Positions 29,801-45,036 of a DNA stretch of 64,000 nt are shown piece after piece. A program made the position numbers and the translations under genes. The notes under the pieces were generated by a model that worked only from the letters and a program-made list of their open reading frames with translations, made no database searches and had not been told where the DNA came from. Within the stretch, counting starts at the first letter, position 1. Each line of letters starts with the position of its first letter. The DNA is from Trichoplax adhaerens (Eukaryota; Animalia; Placozoa): NCBI RefSeq assembly GCF_000150275.1, contig NW_002060947.1, positions 2,097,740 through 2,161,739 on the forward strand, read 5' to 3'.

Positions 29801-32695
29801 TATAGGATAATATTTACTATATACTTAATCTTTAATTATTTCTTGTTATTAACTATGCTATGTAACACCAATAGAAACTACTTACCATTGCCGCCAGCTC
29901 CTTGGTCGTGAATACTACAAATCGGATTGGTTGCTCCCAATTCAATACAACCTCGAACAACTCGATTTAATTTCTGGCCCATTTCTGCATCGCCTCTTTG
30001 TACTGCGCTGGTATCAATTTGGCCATCATTGCGCACCTTTAAAAAATTTGAATTGCATATTTCTTGACTACATGTTATTGCTACCCTCGTAGTTAGTAAG
30101 TGGCTACTTTAAAAAATTTTAAATTAGAATTCTATAATATAATGCCGACGTAATAGCCCAAAATATTTTCCTACTATTATGTATCAGTTCATATCAGAAT
30201 TATAGCAATTTATTATTATAGCAACTATAGCAGTTTATTACATTACTGACTTTCTAAACTTGATAAAACTTCTAAATTGCAAATTATGTTTGAGTCAATA
30301 ATATCGTGTAACTATGTATGAAATTACTATTTCTACTCTAACACATTGTTATTATCTACATATCTAATGTTAATTTGTAGCATGTAAATAGAGTTACAGA
30401 TTAATATGTCAACTTAATTAACTGTTCGAGATGAAGCAGATCCTCCACCCATGCCAATTCGATAAGCTGGACCACCAATTTTGACAACTTTCAATCCTAT
30501 TCAATGAAAATTTAACTATATTATGTAAATGTGATGCGCACAGAATATCTCTACAGTTTTGAGTTAAGAAGTATAGTGTACTATTTAAAATCCAGCAAAT
30601 TCATCATAAAAGACCTGATTGAGGAGGAAATTTGTTAATGTGCCCATCTTCGATAGATCCTATGCCACCACTAAACATAATTGGTTTGATATATTCTTGT
30701 CTCTGATGTTCATGTCCCGTATCATATCGTATTTTAATGGCCAATGAACGAGTAAAGCCACAAATAACTGGTTCACCAAATTGGTTCCCGTAATTGGATG
30801 CTCCATTACTTGCTTGAATAACAATATCTAGTGGAGTTGCAAAATTATCTGGATAATGATCGGCCTCATCTTCCCAGGGAAGGCAATATCCTAATAGAAA
30901 TGCAAAAAAATTAATAATTTATTAACTCTAATCTTAATTCCTGTCATAAACGAAACGTTTATTCTCCAGTACATATCTTAGAAAAGGAATTTTTTAGTTC
31001 TATTGGTTTTAATCTGCGCTTAATGGCGGTCCCCATAAACTTTCACGGAGAAGAGCTTTGCAAGTGCTATCATTAAAAAAATTGTAGTACCAATACATTT
31101 ACCTGGAATATGAAGACTACCAAAAGAATAACCAACTGTTGCAGCAATAACATGAGCTCCTCGTCCAGTAGCTTGAACATCTCGAATTCTACCACCAGTA
31201 CCCGTTGATGCTCCTTCAAATGGCGCAATTCCTGTTGGAAAATTGTGAGTTTCTGCGGTATATGTTATATGTCGATAGCATATTTTTCTATTGAGGCAAC
31301 TTGCAGCAAAAGCCTGCTTTGATATCAGTGCTTCAATTTGATAACCTCGGATTGCGCTAAATAGACAGACGTATAGATGTAGATATAACTTTCCGGTAAT
31401 AATTTAATCAATATCAATGACATAACAGATTAAACCTAGGTAAATCTTTATACGTGATTTAACAAATATTAATAAAATACAACGCAGTAGATGATTTCAT
31501 AACAATGCAAACAACAACCCTTCTTATTAATAGTTGAAGACTACTTTACTTAATTGTATTTCATGCAATCTTCCTTTATGAATAGTATAGACATGGTTGA
31601 ACAAAATAGAAACCCATCATAAGGATGTATAGTACGTTATATCGACACAAATAGGATTTCATCACTTGATTTTGATGAATTTTGGCACTGAATTATTAAC
31701 TTCCAAATCAATAAAACTGAAATTAATTTTAATATAACTATTCCCTTATCTGAATCCATAGTGGGTAAAATAACAATTACCGATAAATATTAACTATATA
31801 TTGATTATCGTAATCTATATTTTATAACGGCAGCTTACCTACTATTATCATGAAACTTAATGACATTATTATCTCCTGATGTATTCTGAGTTTCCTGAAT
31901 CATTTTCATTAGCGGCTTTGGCATTATAATACCATCAATAATTAATTTGCCCTTGAAGAACCAATGCCTTGAATGTTCACTATTGGACTGGGACAAATCA
32001 AACAGCTCAACATTGGTTGGGTTACGTCCAAGATAATTAGCGAAGAGTTGTGTATAAAACTGAATATCCCATCGATCCAAGGCTAGACCTAATTCCTTAT
32101 TAACTTTCTCAATAGCAGCTGAGCCACGTTCAATCACATCTACTGAACAGAACGGCTCGATTTTCGATTCTGTCACAAAATTAGGCACAAGATTGTGGCT
32201 ATAACGACACTCAGTCATATGATCATGCAAAATATCAGTGATTCGATCAAAATCGATCTCGTGCAATGGATCAGCACAAGATTGCAGTAGAATTAAATAG
32301 CGCCTTGATCTTTCAATCCTTTTAACATTATCAATTCCAGCGGCATGAAATATTGATATAGCATTAGTGGACCAGGCTGTTTCGAAATTTAATCGAGGTC
32401 CAACCTCAATTACGGTACGTTGAGATAACTGTCTATTTCTAGGACAGGTACCAAAGTGATCAATCAGTTCGAAATATGAATGCTTCCATGTTTCTTCTTG
32501 ACATTGTAATATTTTGAGCATTTTATCCATTTTATCGCCTTCTAATAAGTGATAACTGCTAATGTAATAGCAATATTCCAATTGGATATCTCTCATTACT
32601 ATCGATTTAGGTAAAACAGCTGCTATCTTATCGATTAAGTGCTGGCGGTTTACATTGGACAATGTCAAATATCTATATGCACATACTAGCGGCAT
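26829..32695 (-). CDS. PFAS: Phosphoribosylformylglycinamidine synthase (large-type PurL), multi-exon
   Basis: EVGPRLNF, SQSNSEHSRHWFF, AETHNFPTG, IHDQGAGGN, DGGKDSLSM and GHDVSDGGL; glutaminase domain GVCNGCQ and MMPHPER. Confidence 0.97.
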
Positions 32696-33817
32696 TATTT
32701 ATATCAAATAAATTACTGCTAAAGAAGCAATTATTAATCATCAAAAACTTGCAAAAGAAATCTTGATAGTTTGAAGTAGTTACATAAGCTCTTATTGTTA
32801 CAGATCTGTTCGAAATGCCTTAATACTGTCCGTATATACTGGTACTCGTCCGTATCTGATACTTTCTTTTCAATTAAAAATTTAAAGTTTTCCACCAAAT
32901 TTCTGTACTTCAACGAAGTCAATTTCCACCTATGATACGTTGTTCAATGATTTATACTTAAGTTGCTTCGCAAACTCGATATACCGTAATAATTATAGAT
33001 CACGTGTTTTTTAAGCCCCTCGCAGTCAAAGTGGTATCAGTAAGCATAACTAGCGCTATAAAGTTAACTTCGATTCTTTAATAAGTTTTTATTGCCAGCT
33101 TAATAATAAGTATGAAATTTGTCCCTACTCTGTACGTAGTGTTTTGCATTGTTATGCTATACGAGTACATATTCTGCGCTATGTTACATATCGCTAAGGG
33201 TGAGCGTTTTGTTTTACAGTGTTTGTTCACATGCACCGGTTAACACATCAAAATTTTACATGAATTATAATAATCGTTACTTATAGTTACAATTCAGCAG
33301 GTGTTAAAATTTGAGGTGTTAACAACATACACACAGAACTACGGTGGTGCCACATATTGCTGCAGTAACCTAGTATTAGCATGAATTGGTAGCAATAATT
33401 ATTATAGAAATAAAACATCATGAAACTCTCAAGATTTATCAAAAAATAAACCCTTATAAGCTTAGCCACAGATGTAACAGCCTTAATAAAAAATACCAAA
33501 GTTAGGTAGTACATCATTCCTTCATTAACACAAGGATACGGCGAAAAGAACAAAATTAGCACCGGGTATTAACAGGACTTACTAATGAAGGCAATTAAAA
33601 CACATTTAACGGTAGATTTAATTAAAAGAAATTTAACCGTAGATTTCGATCACATCAACAGAGAGCACCTAATGAATAATTACGTTTACTATATCACAAC
33701 TTGTTCAAGACATCGTTTGTACAAATTGCGAGGTACTCATTTGAACAGTCAGTACTTTTTTTACAGTAACAAAGAAATAAAAAATTCTTAAACTTAGCTC
33801 TCTTTACACAGTTAGCC

Positions 33818-36800
33818 TTAATCGGAGTAATCATCATCTGAAGATGATAGATTTAAGTCATTATCAAGAATATTATCGGGTGATAACATAACATTACCAG
33901 ATTGATCGTTTTTGAATGGTTCTTGATCTGGTTTAATATTCATTATATCCACCTCACCTGGTTCACTGTCTTGGCCTTCAACTACAAATATGATACCTTT
34001 GTCTTCACCATCCTTCAAATCGCTTAAATCTACATCCATTTCTTCTTCGTCTCGTTCTATAATTTCCTTGCCTATACCACTAGAATGATGAAACTTTTCT
34101 GTTTCACCTATTACAATGTCTGAAGAATCCAGAAGATTGTCTATTTTATCATTTTCACTGGATACTCCTGCTAGTTCTCGTTCTAATTGCTGTATCTGAG
34201 CGGAAAACTAAAAAAATCGGAAAATATTCCTATAATTAATAATAGTACTAATGTAAACTGAAACTGTATCATAAAATATAACCACATATATCATGCGTGT
34301 TTTTAGCACATAGAAGAATATTTTTTAAGCGAACCTCATCAAGTGTTTCATTACAAGTAGCAACCATCATTCTAGCGATTTTAGTGTATTCATTTTCCCC
34401 TAAAACGTTTATAATTATTCGATGAAACACAAGACAAAACGATTCTATGTAACAACTTGAGGTTAATTGCAAATGATTTTCGTAATTTTAAAATTAAATT
34501 ACCGTTATATATAACACAATTGGCGAACAACAAATCTATATCTTTCATAAAGTCGCTATGTGAGCGGTACTCATGATTCTGGGCTTTCTAAATGAGTAAC
34601 ATAATTTTTAACGAAGTTACTAAGATTGGCAATTTTATATGTTAAATACCATTAAATTATTTTACCCGTTGTATGACACCAAGATCGATAGGGTCTTTTA
34701 TTATGGTATAATAATCCGGGACGGTCACAACATCAACAGGACCATGGAATGCGAATGACTAAGGGTACGAAGATAGCGAGATAAGTAAATCAATATCGCG
34801 TTATTACATATACGCGTACATGCTACTGTATTGCTACAAGGACCAACGAAAGCACATAACTAAATTTACACCTACATCTGGAACAGACTTCATTTGCATC
34901 ACCGTATGTTCAAAAAGCCATGAAATTCCAACCTGCATACGGTATGGATAAAGGTTAGATAAAAACGCTATTTACGAATAGATGCATAAATACCAAGATG
35001 TTACACAGATTAAATCGCGAATTCGACAGTCGACTACCTCAGGATCATCGTCGAGAAGTGGATTAAGCTCCCTTTCAAGTTGAGATATCTCTTTGTCTTT
35101 CTGTAAAAGTAGCGAGCTTGGTCAATTTTTATTATCTGATGTAAAATAATCAAAAGGATTATTACACTCACCTTCTCCAGCTCATCAGTACAAACACTAA
35201 ACATTTCTTGAGCTGTCTTGGTAAATGGACTATCACCTCCTAGCGCCAATAAGTATATCGTAGCATGCACAGGTGAGAAGAGTTTACTTTATTCCTATCA
35301 AGTCAATTTGAATTTGCATTTCTAGCATCTTAAGAATAGAAATGCAAAGCCTAACAATACCGTTATAATGTACACTATTGGTAACTAAAAGGCTGCAATG
35401 CTCTAAAAATTCTTCTCTGGAATTGTAATTTCTTTCTCGTATATTCTACGCAATTTACAAGAAACTGTCAGAAACATTAAAAGTCAATGCATTGCGTCTG
35501 TATAATTTTCCTAACCATCTTTATCGTTTGTAGATCCATAGGGCGTTTTACTATTCTATGATAATCTGGCAATTCCTTTGAAGCCACAGGAAAATGAAAT
35601 ACATGGCTCTATAACAGTTTAAATAAGTTACCTAACTCTCAATTGTACATCTGTAATTATATAGTTTAGCGAAGACGCTATATCAAGAACTTACATTTTT
35701 TACATTCCGCATTTTAATTACAATTTCTTCGAAGATATTGGCTAACGTAACCTGTAAAGTTTACACAAATTGTTGTAACACAATTTAGAAAATCTAGAGA
35801 CTCCAATTTAAATAAATTAAGTATTAAAACACCATGGTGTTAATATTACTTCAGGTGCAGTTCTGCGACGGTTTTTAGATTTTGTCGGTCCCTAGTAGTA
35901 AATTAAAGAAACTTATGATACAAACTGTACCACTTAACAATGCATTCTATGTTCCTATTTCAAAATTCATGTAATAAAAAGAACTTACCTTCAAATAATC
36001 TAAATTCGCGTTGCTCGAACTTCTACTTACACGGCGACGCTTAAAGTAAGCTGCGAGATAAACAGAAGTTAGTACAGAACATGGTTCGATAATGCAGTAT
36101 AACACCATAGGCGATAAGCAGCATACCTTTAGGAAAGCGTAATACTAGCGATCGCCGACGAACTTCATCATGACTGTAGAGACATAAACATGTCTTAATG
36201 CGAGTTCTGCAGTGATTTGAAGAAATGTCGTATTACTTACTGATGCAGTAAGGCTTTCCCTATCAGAAGTTTCGTTCCCTCGACTTTAACAAAATTTTCC
36301 TCAGCTATCTTATCTTCTTCTTCTTTGATCTGTTCTTCGGTCATAGCTATTACGTGCTCAGACGGTCCCATTGTCTCATTGTACTTGGGGCAGTTTTTGT
36401 TGGTTTTCATATGACCCTTCTCACCACAGGCACCGCAGCGTAACTGCAAACGATAGAAAAATTGCCGCAGTTAACAGAGCTTTATCAAAATTTCATTATA
36501 AAAAATAAATCAACCGTTAATCACAACAGAAAGTAGTTATTATACATTAACTGCTACTGGAGGTTTTTCCTTCTTCTTTTTAGTTTGTGACTCTGACTGT
36601 ACATTTTGTTTACTCTGATCTTTCTTGAGAGTGGATAACTCAGGTGCAGTATCATTCTCTATTTGCGGCGGCTGTGCAGTAATAGTTACTGGTTGCAATT
36701 TTTCTTCCTTTTTGTTTTGAATTTCCTTTGCTTTCTTTTCAGCCCTTTCTAGTCGTCGAAGCTTCTCTTGTATTCTGCACGAATGTAAATTTAATCAGAG

Positions 36801-39800
36801 TTAAAACTAATACTGTAGATATAGACATAGGTATTAGCTACAAAATCTAATCTAGTTCAATCGAAGTTTAACAATACCGTTTCTTTTCTTTTCTTATATC
36901 TTCTCGATGTTCACGATCAAAAGTAGCAAACTCCGACCTATGATAACAATATGTCAGTAAGCAACACTCAAATATTGTAATGATCCTGAAAGCGACTTAT
37001 CATACAATTCAATTTATACCTAATATTGCCTTTCTTGTTTGTTGCGATGCGGATATAAGCATCTATGACTTCCGGATCAGTTACTACTTCATTTCTAACG
37101 AACTCTCTGCCATCTTGAGAAAAGGTTCGATGGATAATTAATCGACTTCCTGGCACCTAACAATAGCAATGGTGATATTATGTATTAGCGCAAATGCTTT
37201 ATAATTACGCCATGCGTCATATTAGCTAACAAAATGCAACACCACGCTACTGCAGCGTTTATTATAAAGATTCTTCTACCCTGTCTTGAGTTTGCTCGCT
37301 TCTCATTGACGACGTTTCGCTGATAACAGATGCTTTATCATCTTCATCTTTATCTAATATCAATAAGAAAAAATTCTTAAAGAAATTTCTATAATTATGA
37401 CGAATACTATGGCAAAGTTCGGATATGCTACAAACCAGAAATCTTGGATAACTAAATACAGATCCAATGAAATGCGATAATGAATAAACAATAGGATTAG
37501 TAAAAATCATTTCACTATACTGTAAACATACATCAGCAGAAGTTAATTTCAAGAATAGATTTTAGTATAAACAGATACCTGACTTTTGCTGCCAGATTTG
37601 TGTATGCGTACGTCATCTTCACTAAGCATCTTTTTTAGTTCTAATCTCTCAGCCTCTTCTCGTTCATTCGAATACTAAATAAAATTAGTACAAAGCTAAA
37701 TGTATTGATAAACTCGAATACTGCTGCATCTGTATAAGATTTTTGACTCGTAACAGCCTAATATTTCATCCACTAACATACATCTATCCATTACGAAATC
37801 CTACCTCAGCTGCAGATTTCTTATTCATTAACATACTTTCAAGATTTTTCCCGAGTTCATCAAATTCATCATCACCTTCACTAACGCTTTCTTCATCAGT
37901 TGACAAAACTTCTTCGGATGCAAGTACTTTATTTTGTATTTCAAATATACGCTGGCATTCTTCGCGGTAACGCTCCTGATGTTCAGCAAGCGAAAAACGT
38001 GAGCCGCGAGCAAATTTACTAAGACCTGTAGGATAATAACTTGGATCAGCAAAAATACTAAAATTTTATACAGTATAAAAGAATTAATTACCATCTTCTC
38101 CTGATTTAACGGCCGCCGTTGACATTGTCCTTACTACATCAATAACTTCCCATCTACTTAGTTTTTTAATCTCTTCGTCTGAAATACCAAAATCTCGGAG
38201 CACTTGCCTTGCATTTTTTAACGACAACTTCCTTAAATCTGCATCTGTACCAGTCACCGTTCTTTGTTTATTAATTACGTTACTTTCATCCTAAGCATTA
38301 CAGTTTTTTTCCAAGACTTAGCTCAAGTAAAAGCATCAGACTTACAATGTCAAGATATACCTTAGGAACAACAGGTTTATTAGGAACGCGGACATAAGCA
38401 AACCCTTCACCGCAGCCAGTTGGATCTGCATCTCCAGTAAGTGAAAGCTGACACTTTCCTTGCAAGGCTTGTAAGAAAGCGCGAGTGGTATTCCATGGGG
38501 CCGTTTTAACCTTAAACCAGAATATTAATAGCCATTATCTATCATATCAGCGGCATGAAATGGTCATAACTTTAATAGACCAAAAAATTAGTTTGAAATA
38601 AAAATATACTAACCTCATCTTCAATTTTTTGAGAATCTTCATTATCTTCATCTTCAACAACCGTCTTGCCAACATAACCAGCATCCTTCAATTTTTGTTC
38701 TGCGGCCAACATGCAAGCATAAGCGCAAGCTTGTTCTGGTGTTACCATGTCCCTTAATTCTTCCTCCGAAGGTAGACGAAAATCCGGCTTCAAAATCCAA
38801 TAGTTGCTATGATCGCCTGCAATTTTGGTCAAATTGCTAGTTAATAATTAGCAATTAAAACATAAGAAGTGCACGAAATCATTACCTGTTCGCTTAAAAT
38901 CTGCACATAGTTTTAATCTCTTACGAATGCTACTTTCAGAATGTGATGTAAACGATTTTTTTATGGCATCCATCTTAATTCTCTTAGGATTATCCGTACT
39001 TTTAGCAAACAATCTGTAAATGTACACCTATACAGAGAAATGTCCGTTTCATTAGTAATTAAAAGTAAAATAGGTAACCTTTATTTTCGTTATATAAGAC
39101 CTGTAAAAAATCTCGAACAAAATTGCTGGCTTTCTTAGAATTTGGACTAGGGACTTCAAATTTGGGACAAAGTTGACCTCCGGTATGCAACCACTTTGCT
39201 TCCCGAATATGATACCCGTTATGGTTCTTTATAACTAGGAATAGATCGTCAGGCATTTTATGTTTGTAGATTGGCGTTCTATAAAGATTATTCTCAAAAG
39301 CCTAAAAGAACATGAAAAAAATAAACCCTTGAGATCACCGTAAACACAACGAAAATCGCTACAGCTCATTTGTTTAATAAAAGAGCGAACCTGTAATAAC
39401 TGGCCGTGAGATAAACTTCCCAGAAAAGGTGAATTATTGTTGACCATAACCATTTCACCAATTTCGGGAGACTGGGGTCCAGTATCTTTACTAGCTTTCT
39501 GCGAAAATACACGATAGTATTGTGATAAAATTTAAATTTGCACGAATTTACTCATTTCCGCATTTAGAGAAATTATCTCTGGTTATATGGCAACAAGTAA
39601 GATACTACACCTAAAATTGAGATAACAACAAACGCTGACCTTTCGGTAATAGTTCTTAACACGAGATGCCATGCCAACGGCTTGAATTAGAGGTGGGTGT
39701 TCTTCTGAATATTCTAATAACATTACTTCGCCATCAGTGGCACTAAGATCTTCAAGATTAACCATAAAAAATATTTCTCCTCCTCCAGAAGCCGCTCTGG

Positions 39801-42800
39801 CTCTTTCGCGTTCCTGTAATGGTAGAAGTGATAATGATCGGTATTTTTGGATAGCTTGTGCCTGATAATACTGCATTACTTATAAATAAATGCTCAAATC
39901 AAAAGTAGTATGACAAAATGAGTAAAATTTTTAGTAAGAGTCGTCTATGTAACTGAAGAACTTTCCCTCTTACCTTTGCTTTCTTTCTGATACGTTTGGT
40001 AACACTACGTATCATAAACGGCGCCTTATGATGTTTTCCATAGTTCGGGCGACAAAATATAGGTCTATGAAAGTTGCGTAAGCTGTACGGAGTCCAGTGT
40101 GTAGGAAATAACTTTGGGTTTAGTTGTACTGAAGGCGTAGAATGCTGAAATTAAGCAAGCATAAAAGTTAAACAGATATGTCATCAAAACCTTAGCAGTA
40201 AATGAATACTCCAAACCTACCAAAACGGCACGAACGCCTAAGGTGTTACTAACTCCACCACCAGTTGTATCTAAGAAACAAAAATATAGGAACGTTATAT
40301 TCATTAACTGCGTGATATCATATGCGTGTATACAGGCATGGACCTCCAAAACTTCTAGTTTAGAGATCCATGATACAGGCTAGATGATGTATTCCATGAA
40401 CTTACTGGTCTTAGTACTATAATAAGCATCATTCGAAAAGTTGTAAGAATCTTTATCGATGTCTTTTACTTTCATTTCTTCTGGTAACTCCATATTATCT
40501 ATTTTAGATGCCCCTGACTTGCTTAATGCCGTTTTACCTTTACCCTTTTCCTAAGATGAGATAAGATGAGTAATATTGTAGTTGTAATTGAACAAATTTC
40601 ATATGGTAGTAGCGGTCACCTTCTTGGTTTCTTTGTCTTGTGTCGCTTTAGAAACTGGGCCTTTGTCAGGTACGTATGGAATGCACAAGATGTTTTCATC
40701 ATTTGGATCAAGGCGTAATTCAGGATTTGTCGAAATTGATGGATAAGTCTAAAAATTATAATGTCTACAATCACCATGTATACTCCAAGATATTAATTAC
40801 AACCGTACTGGATTAAAATTTCACCTACCGGGGTATCCCAAATAATATTGTCTTCCCATCGTGTGTACACTAATTCTCTATTTTGTATGGGAAACATGGA
40901 TTCCGAAGTTTTCATACGCTTATCTGACAAAAATATAAAGATATCGAGGTAGTGTAAGATTGATCTTCCATCAATCAATGTTTAACACATGAGAATATGT
41001 AATATTTCTGGATTACCGCCCAAATGATTTAAGAAAGTTCTACATCGTGTAGATGGAATCCAGCCAGCTTCAGCTTCAACTCTTTCTGCATCTGCACTAT
41101 TTCGCTTTTGTCTTACATCATCGGCCGACCAAATTATATTATTCTCCCATTCCTGTTGAGCTAGCATAGTATAAGCACTAATATCCAATTTACGACCATG
41201 GCTTCTCTTTTCGGGGTTATACGCCTAAGCGGTTACAATTCATAAAAAGTAGATATCATGATTAATAATATTGCTATTGTATCTGATAATAATGGCAATA
41301 CACTCGTAGGAGTAAATTAAACAAAACAAGGAACCTCTTTTCGATTAGATTTATATTCAGGAATGCTACCATCCTCAGGTAAACCTTTTTGATCGTACCA
41401 ATACCTAGCTGGACCAAAGCGCCATTTTGGTCTCTTTTTGGATTTCTTATTTCTTTCATCTACATTATCTACCTCAGTATTATGGATAATACTAGAAGCA
41501 TTAAATTTTCGCTTTAACGAAGAGAGAAAAAGTACCTATATAAAGATATGCAACCATCATCTATTTAGTAAATTAAGCTCATTTCATAGTCAATAAATAA
41601 TACGTTAAGTTCGATTCTACCTCGTCATCTTCAGCAACACGATTAGATGGAGCATGCGGTAAAGATCTACTACAATGTGACCGGTGACCGAAACCTTCAT
41701 TTATGACTTCTTGGCGACGCCGTTTTCTTGTACGCCTAGCGTTACGCCAAACTTGAGGCATAGAAGCAGCTCTTGCAGGTCCAAATAAACGTGTGAATCT
41801 CAGCACTTCACCAGGTTTAAATTCAGGAAATAAATCAATCACAGTTGAGCCAGTTCGAGTTCTAACAATACCATCTTTATCATTTGACATGCCAAACATT
41901 ACAGCAGGAAAACCAGCTTTACACTTAGCTAAATTCTTTAAAAGTAGCTCTTTATTATTTGACAGTTCCGATTGATCATAAGTTTCTATTATCTGATTCC
42001 AATCAACATCGTCTTGTGATTCAGAATCTTCTGATTCCAAAGCTTGATGATCATCTGCAACTTTTATACCATCTTTGGTATATTCTGAATCGGTGGGTGA
42101 GGTAGCGAATGACCCATCATTAGAAAATAACGAATTTGATCCCATAGTATTAAGCAAGTTCTTGTTTTCATTATTTCCTGTCGAAAAATAGAATAATTGT
42201 TCATAACACGACATTAATAGTAGTTTTATAATAAAAGAAACCAGCATTATTTGATAATCACCAAACCGATCAACTACTATTCATCTATCATTAAATAGAT
42301 ACGATAGCGAACTATCTACGCAAGAAAATTGACTCATTTATGCATAAAGTGGCGAAATTTATAGACCACCTAAACTAGGAGTGCAGTCATCCATATCATA
42401 ATCGTCATTTTCGTCATAATCTATGAAAGACAGAAATAAACGTCGTGAACATTTTCATGCAGTAGTAATATATGCGAAGCAGGCACTGACATCTTCGACT
42501 TAGCAGGTAAATTAAAAATAGATCGATAATTGTAACAAGTAACTAGTGATCAGCTAATTGTTTAGCTAAAAAAATTACGATACCGTTGTTCGGTGAAGAT
42601 TTGCCAGCAATTAAAGCCGATAGCGTAGATTCGCAATTCCCATGATCATTGTTATCTTCGGCTAGTTCCTGAATATCGATGAAATCGACAGCAGATCGGC
42701 TTGTAGGAACATTCCCAGATGTACGATAATCTGCCAAAATCAAGAAGATAATACTCTCAGTAAAGTAAAATTTTTAGACTTTGGACCATTTTTATTATTT

Positions 42801-43424
42801 CGTCACATCACCATCAAGTACGACATAAAGGACCTGAAGTAACTTACTAAACTACGTAGTAAATGTGAATACTGCTGTGCAATAGTTATACAGTACTATA
42901 GTCATGGACCGAAGATCTAAAGGTCCATGCTAGAGCAAGTGTATACAAAGCTATTGTAAAATATAAGAAGTCTACAAATGGCTGTATCAATTGAATAGGA
43001 CGAACTTCGGTACAATTCCAATAGGAGTTGATTAGAAGATAATATTACCTTCATCTTGCACTTCATCATCGTTAAAGTCGTCGACAATAGTGTCTAAACC
43101 AAACTCACATGTAATTTGCGATAATTGTCGCTTACTTTCCTAAAATAGTATAAAAGTAAATCTTGTTTAAGCTCAGTAGACGGAGCGATTGTGATCATTT
43201 GAGTTTAACCTCAGCATAACAATATTAGGCAGAATGTTAACAACAAATGATGGATGGATCTACAACATTTGACAATTCGATCTATGTACCGCAAGACCTA
43301 TACTTTAATACACGTATCCATATTTTAAGAAATGTCAAGTCACCTTATCTAATAACGAATCATCTTCTAATTCCCCATCTTCATCGATATTACCGAACAT
43401 AAGATTAGCAAGGATTGAAGACAT
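33818..43424 (-). CDS. TAF1: TFIID subunit 1 (TAND, DUF3591, zinc knuckle, double bromodomain), many exons
   Basis: [20 protein letters not shown]; [12 protein letters not shown]; [24 protein letters not shown]; [10 protein letters not shown]; [17 protein letters not shown]; two bromodomains ([17 protein letters not shown]; [17 protein letters not shown]). Confidence 0.96.
40337..40372. mobile_element. Miniature TIR element (36 bp) with an exact 7-bp flanking duplication, in a TAF1 intron
   Basis: ATACAGG-[CATGGACCTCCAAAAC...GTTTAGAGATCCATG]-ATACAGG. Confidence 0.55.
42903..42929. mobile_element. Second miniature TIR element (27 bp) with the same termini, in a TAF1 intron
   Basis: CTATAGT-[CATGGACC gaagatctaaa GGTCCATG]-CTAGAGC; the flanks match at 5 of 7 positions. 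Confidence 0.45.
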
Positions 43425-44129
43425 TTTGACCGTGCTCCGCTGTCAATTTATAAAATGAATAAAAAGAGCGCAGGCAGATAGTTAAAATATGATTGTTATT
43501 CATTCATTCATGACCAGTCCTATGTTGGCAATATGGTAGCAAAATTTGTGTTGTAAATTATTTTCCGTAAATATTCATTTATCTAGCAGCAATAGACAAA
43601 GTCATCATTCCACCATTTGCAGTAGCATAAACGTACTCGTACTGTAGTCAATTTATTGTTAGTCAAAAATAGATGTGGCTGGATCTATTTTAACGAACTC
43701 ACTTATCAATCATCTAAACGATAAATAAGATGTAAGATTCACTGTCAACGCTTACACTTTATTAGAAAGGGACACGCTAAAATTAAAGTGATTATTATTA
43801 CTTTACTGCATTTATCTTGCAACATGTTAGCTATTAATTTACTAGTTTGTCTACGTTGAAATCCTACACAAGAACAGTGTCTATCGGACTAAAATGTTAT
43901 TTACTGTTAATAAAATGTCTAATAGTATAACATCTTCAATATAATCATGCAACAAAGAGGAATCCTCCAATCTTGTACCTTTTAATAATACGCTGTCCAC
44001 CAAAATGAAAGATTTTAACTAATGCTAAGTTAATAAAATAGACTCATTTCACTGCAGCAATCAACTGCGTAGTTCCTTTAGTCCGCCATTTAAACCTTGA
44101 AATAGGGAATACCAGCTGATATAAAGGCA

Positions 44130-44615
44130 TACAGTTATACTGTACTACAGGTAACTCTATGGATCACGGTGATGCGCAGTGGGTATTTCCCACACAGTCT
44201 CGTATGCTATGGTACAGTATGTCAACCACACATTACAGTACATGTACTGTAATATATTGCATATTAAACCCATATTTTTACTTGGTACTGTAGCAGTCTT
44301 GTGTATGTACTGTACTTTAACTACTGTAATAATTAATCATTATGAAGATGTCGAACGCAATTTTGAATGGCTGAACTTGAGCTCTTTCTCTACCGATTGA
44401 TGTTATAATTTGTGCAGGATAAACAGAGTTCTTGATTTTTTGTTATTTGCAATTTTTTGGCTAAAATTTCTCGGACATCCTGTGTACTACTTCTAGTGAG
44501 ACTACAGTACAGTACTGTACAGTCTACACTTATGCAATGTTAATTAGTTCAAATCGAATGGGATAATTGATGAGGATAATCGTAAAGTAGATTACTGTGC
44601 TGTGCACTACAGTAT
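44130..44615. promoter_or_regulatory. TACAG/CTGTA clusters upstream of TAF1
   Basis: Runs at ~44130-44330 and ~44500-44615, e.g. ACTACAGTACAGTACTGTACAG. Confidence 0.45.
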
Positions 44616-45036
44616 TGTAGAATCACCAACGCACCTTAGCAGGTGATGATACTAAGATAGAGCTAGGAGACAACACAGAGATAGGTTAGTCTCGTGTCAG
44701 AGAGATAAAAGACAAGAGCCGAGAGCAATGTAAATCCACGTATATTTTTATACGTTATCTGGCCATAGTCTAATCTTAAAAATGAATCTTGTACCAAGAA
44801 GTGTATAATATAGATCTATTGTAATGTTACGACTGCAGCTTCAATGAATCAATGTACTGTAAGTGAATAGTTAGATCACTTAGCATCAATGCTAGAAGAA
44901 AATATTTTCTTATAATTTAATCTATATGGCATATTCATACTAGGCATATATAACTGCCAACTTTAAGCCTTGAAAACATTCAACTCAATGGATATCAAAG
45001 ATATCCAGATCGAATGACATCGAGTTAATTATACTT

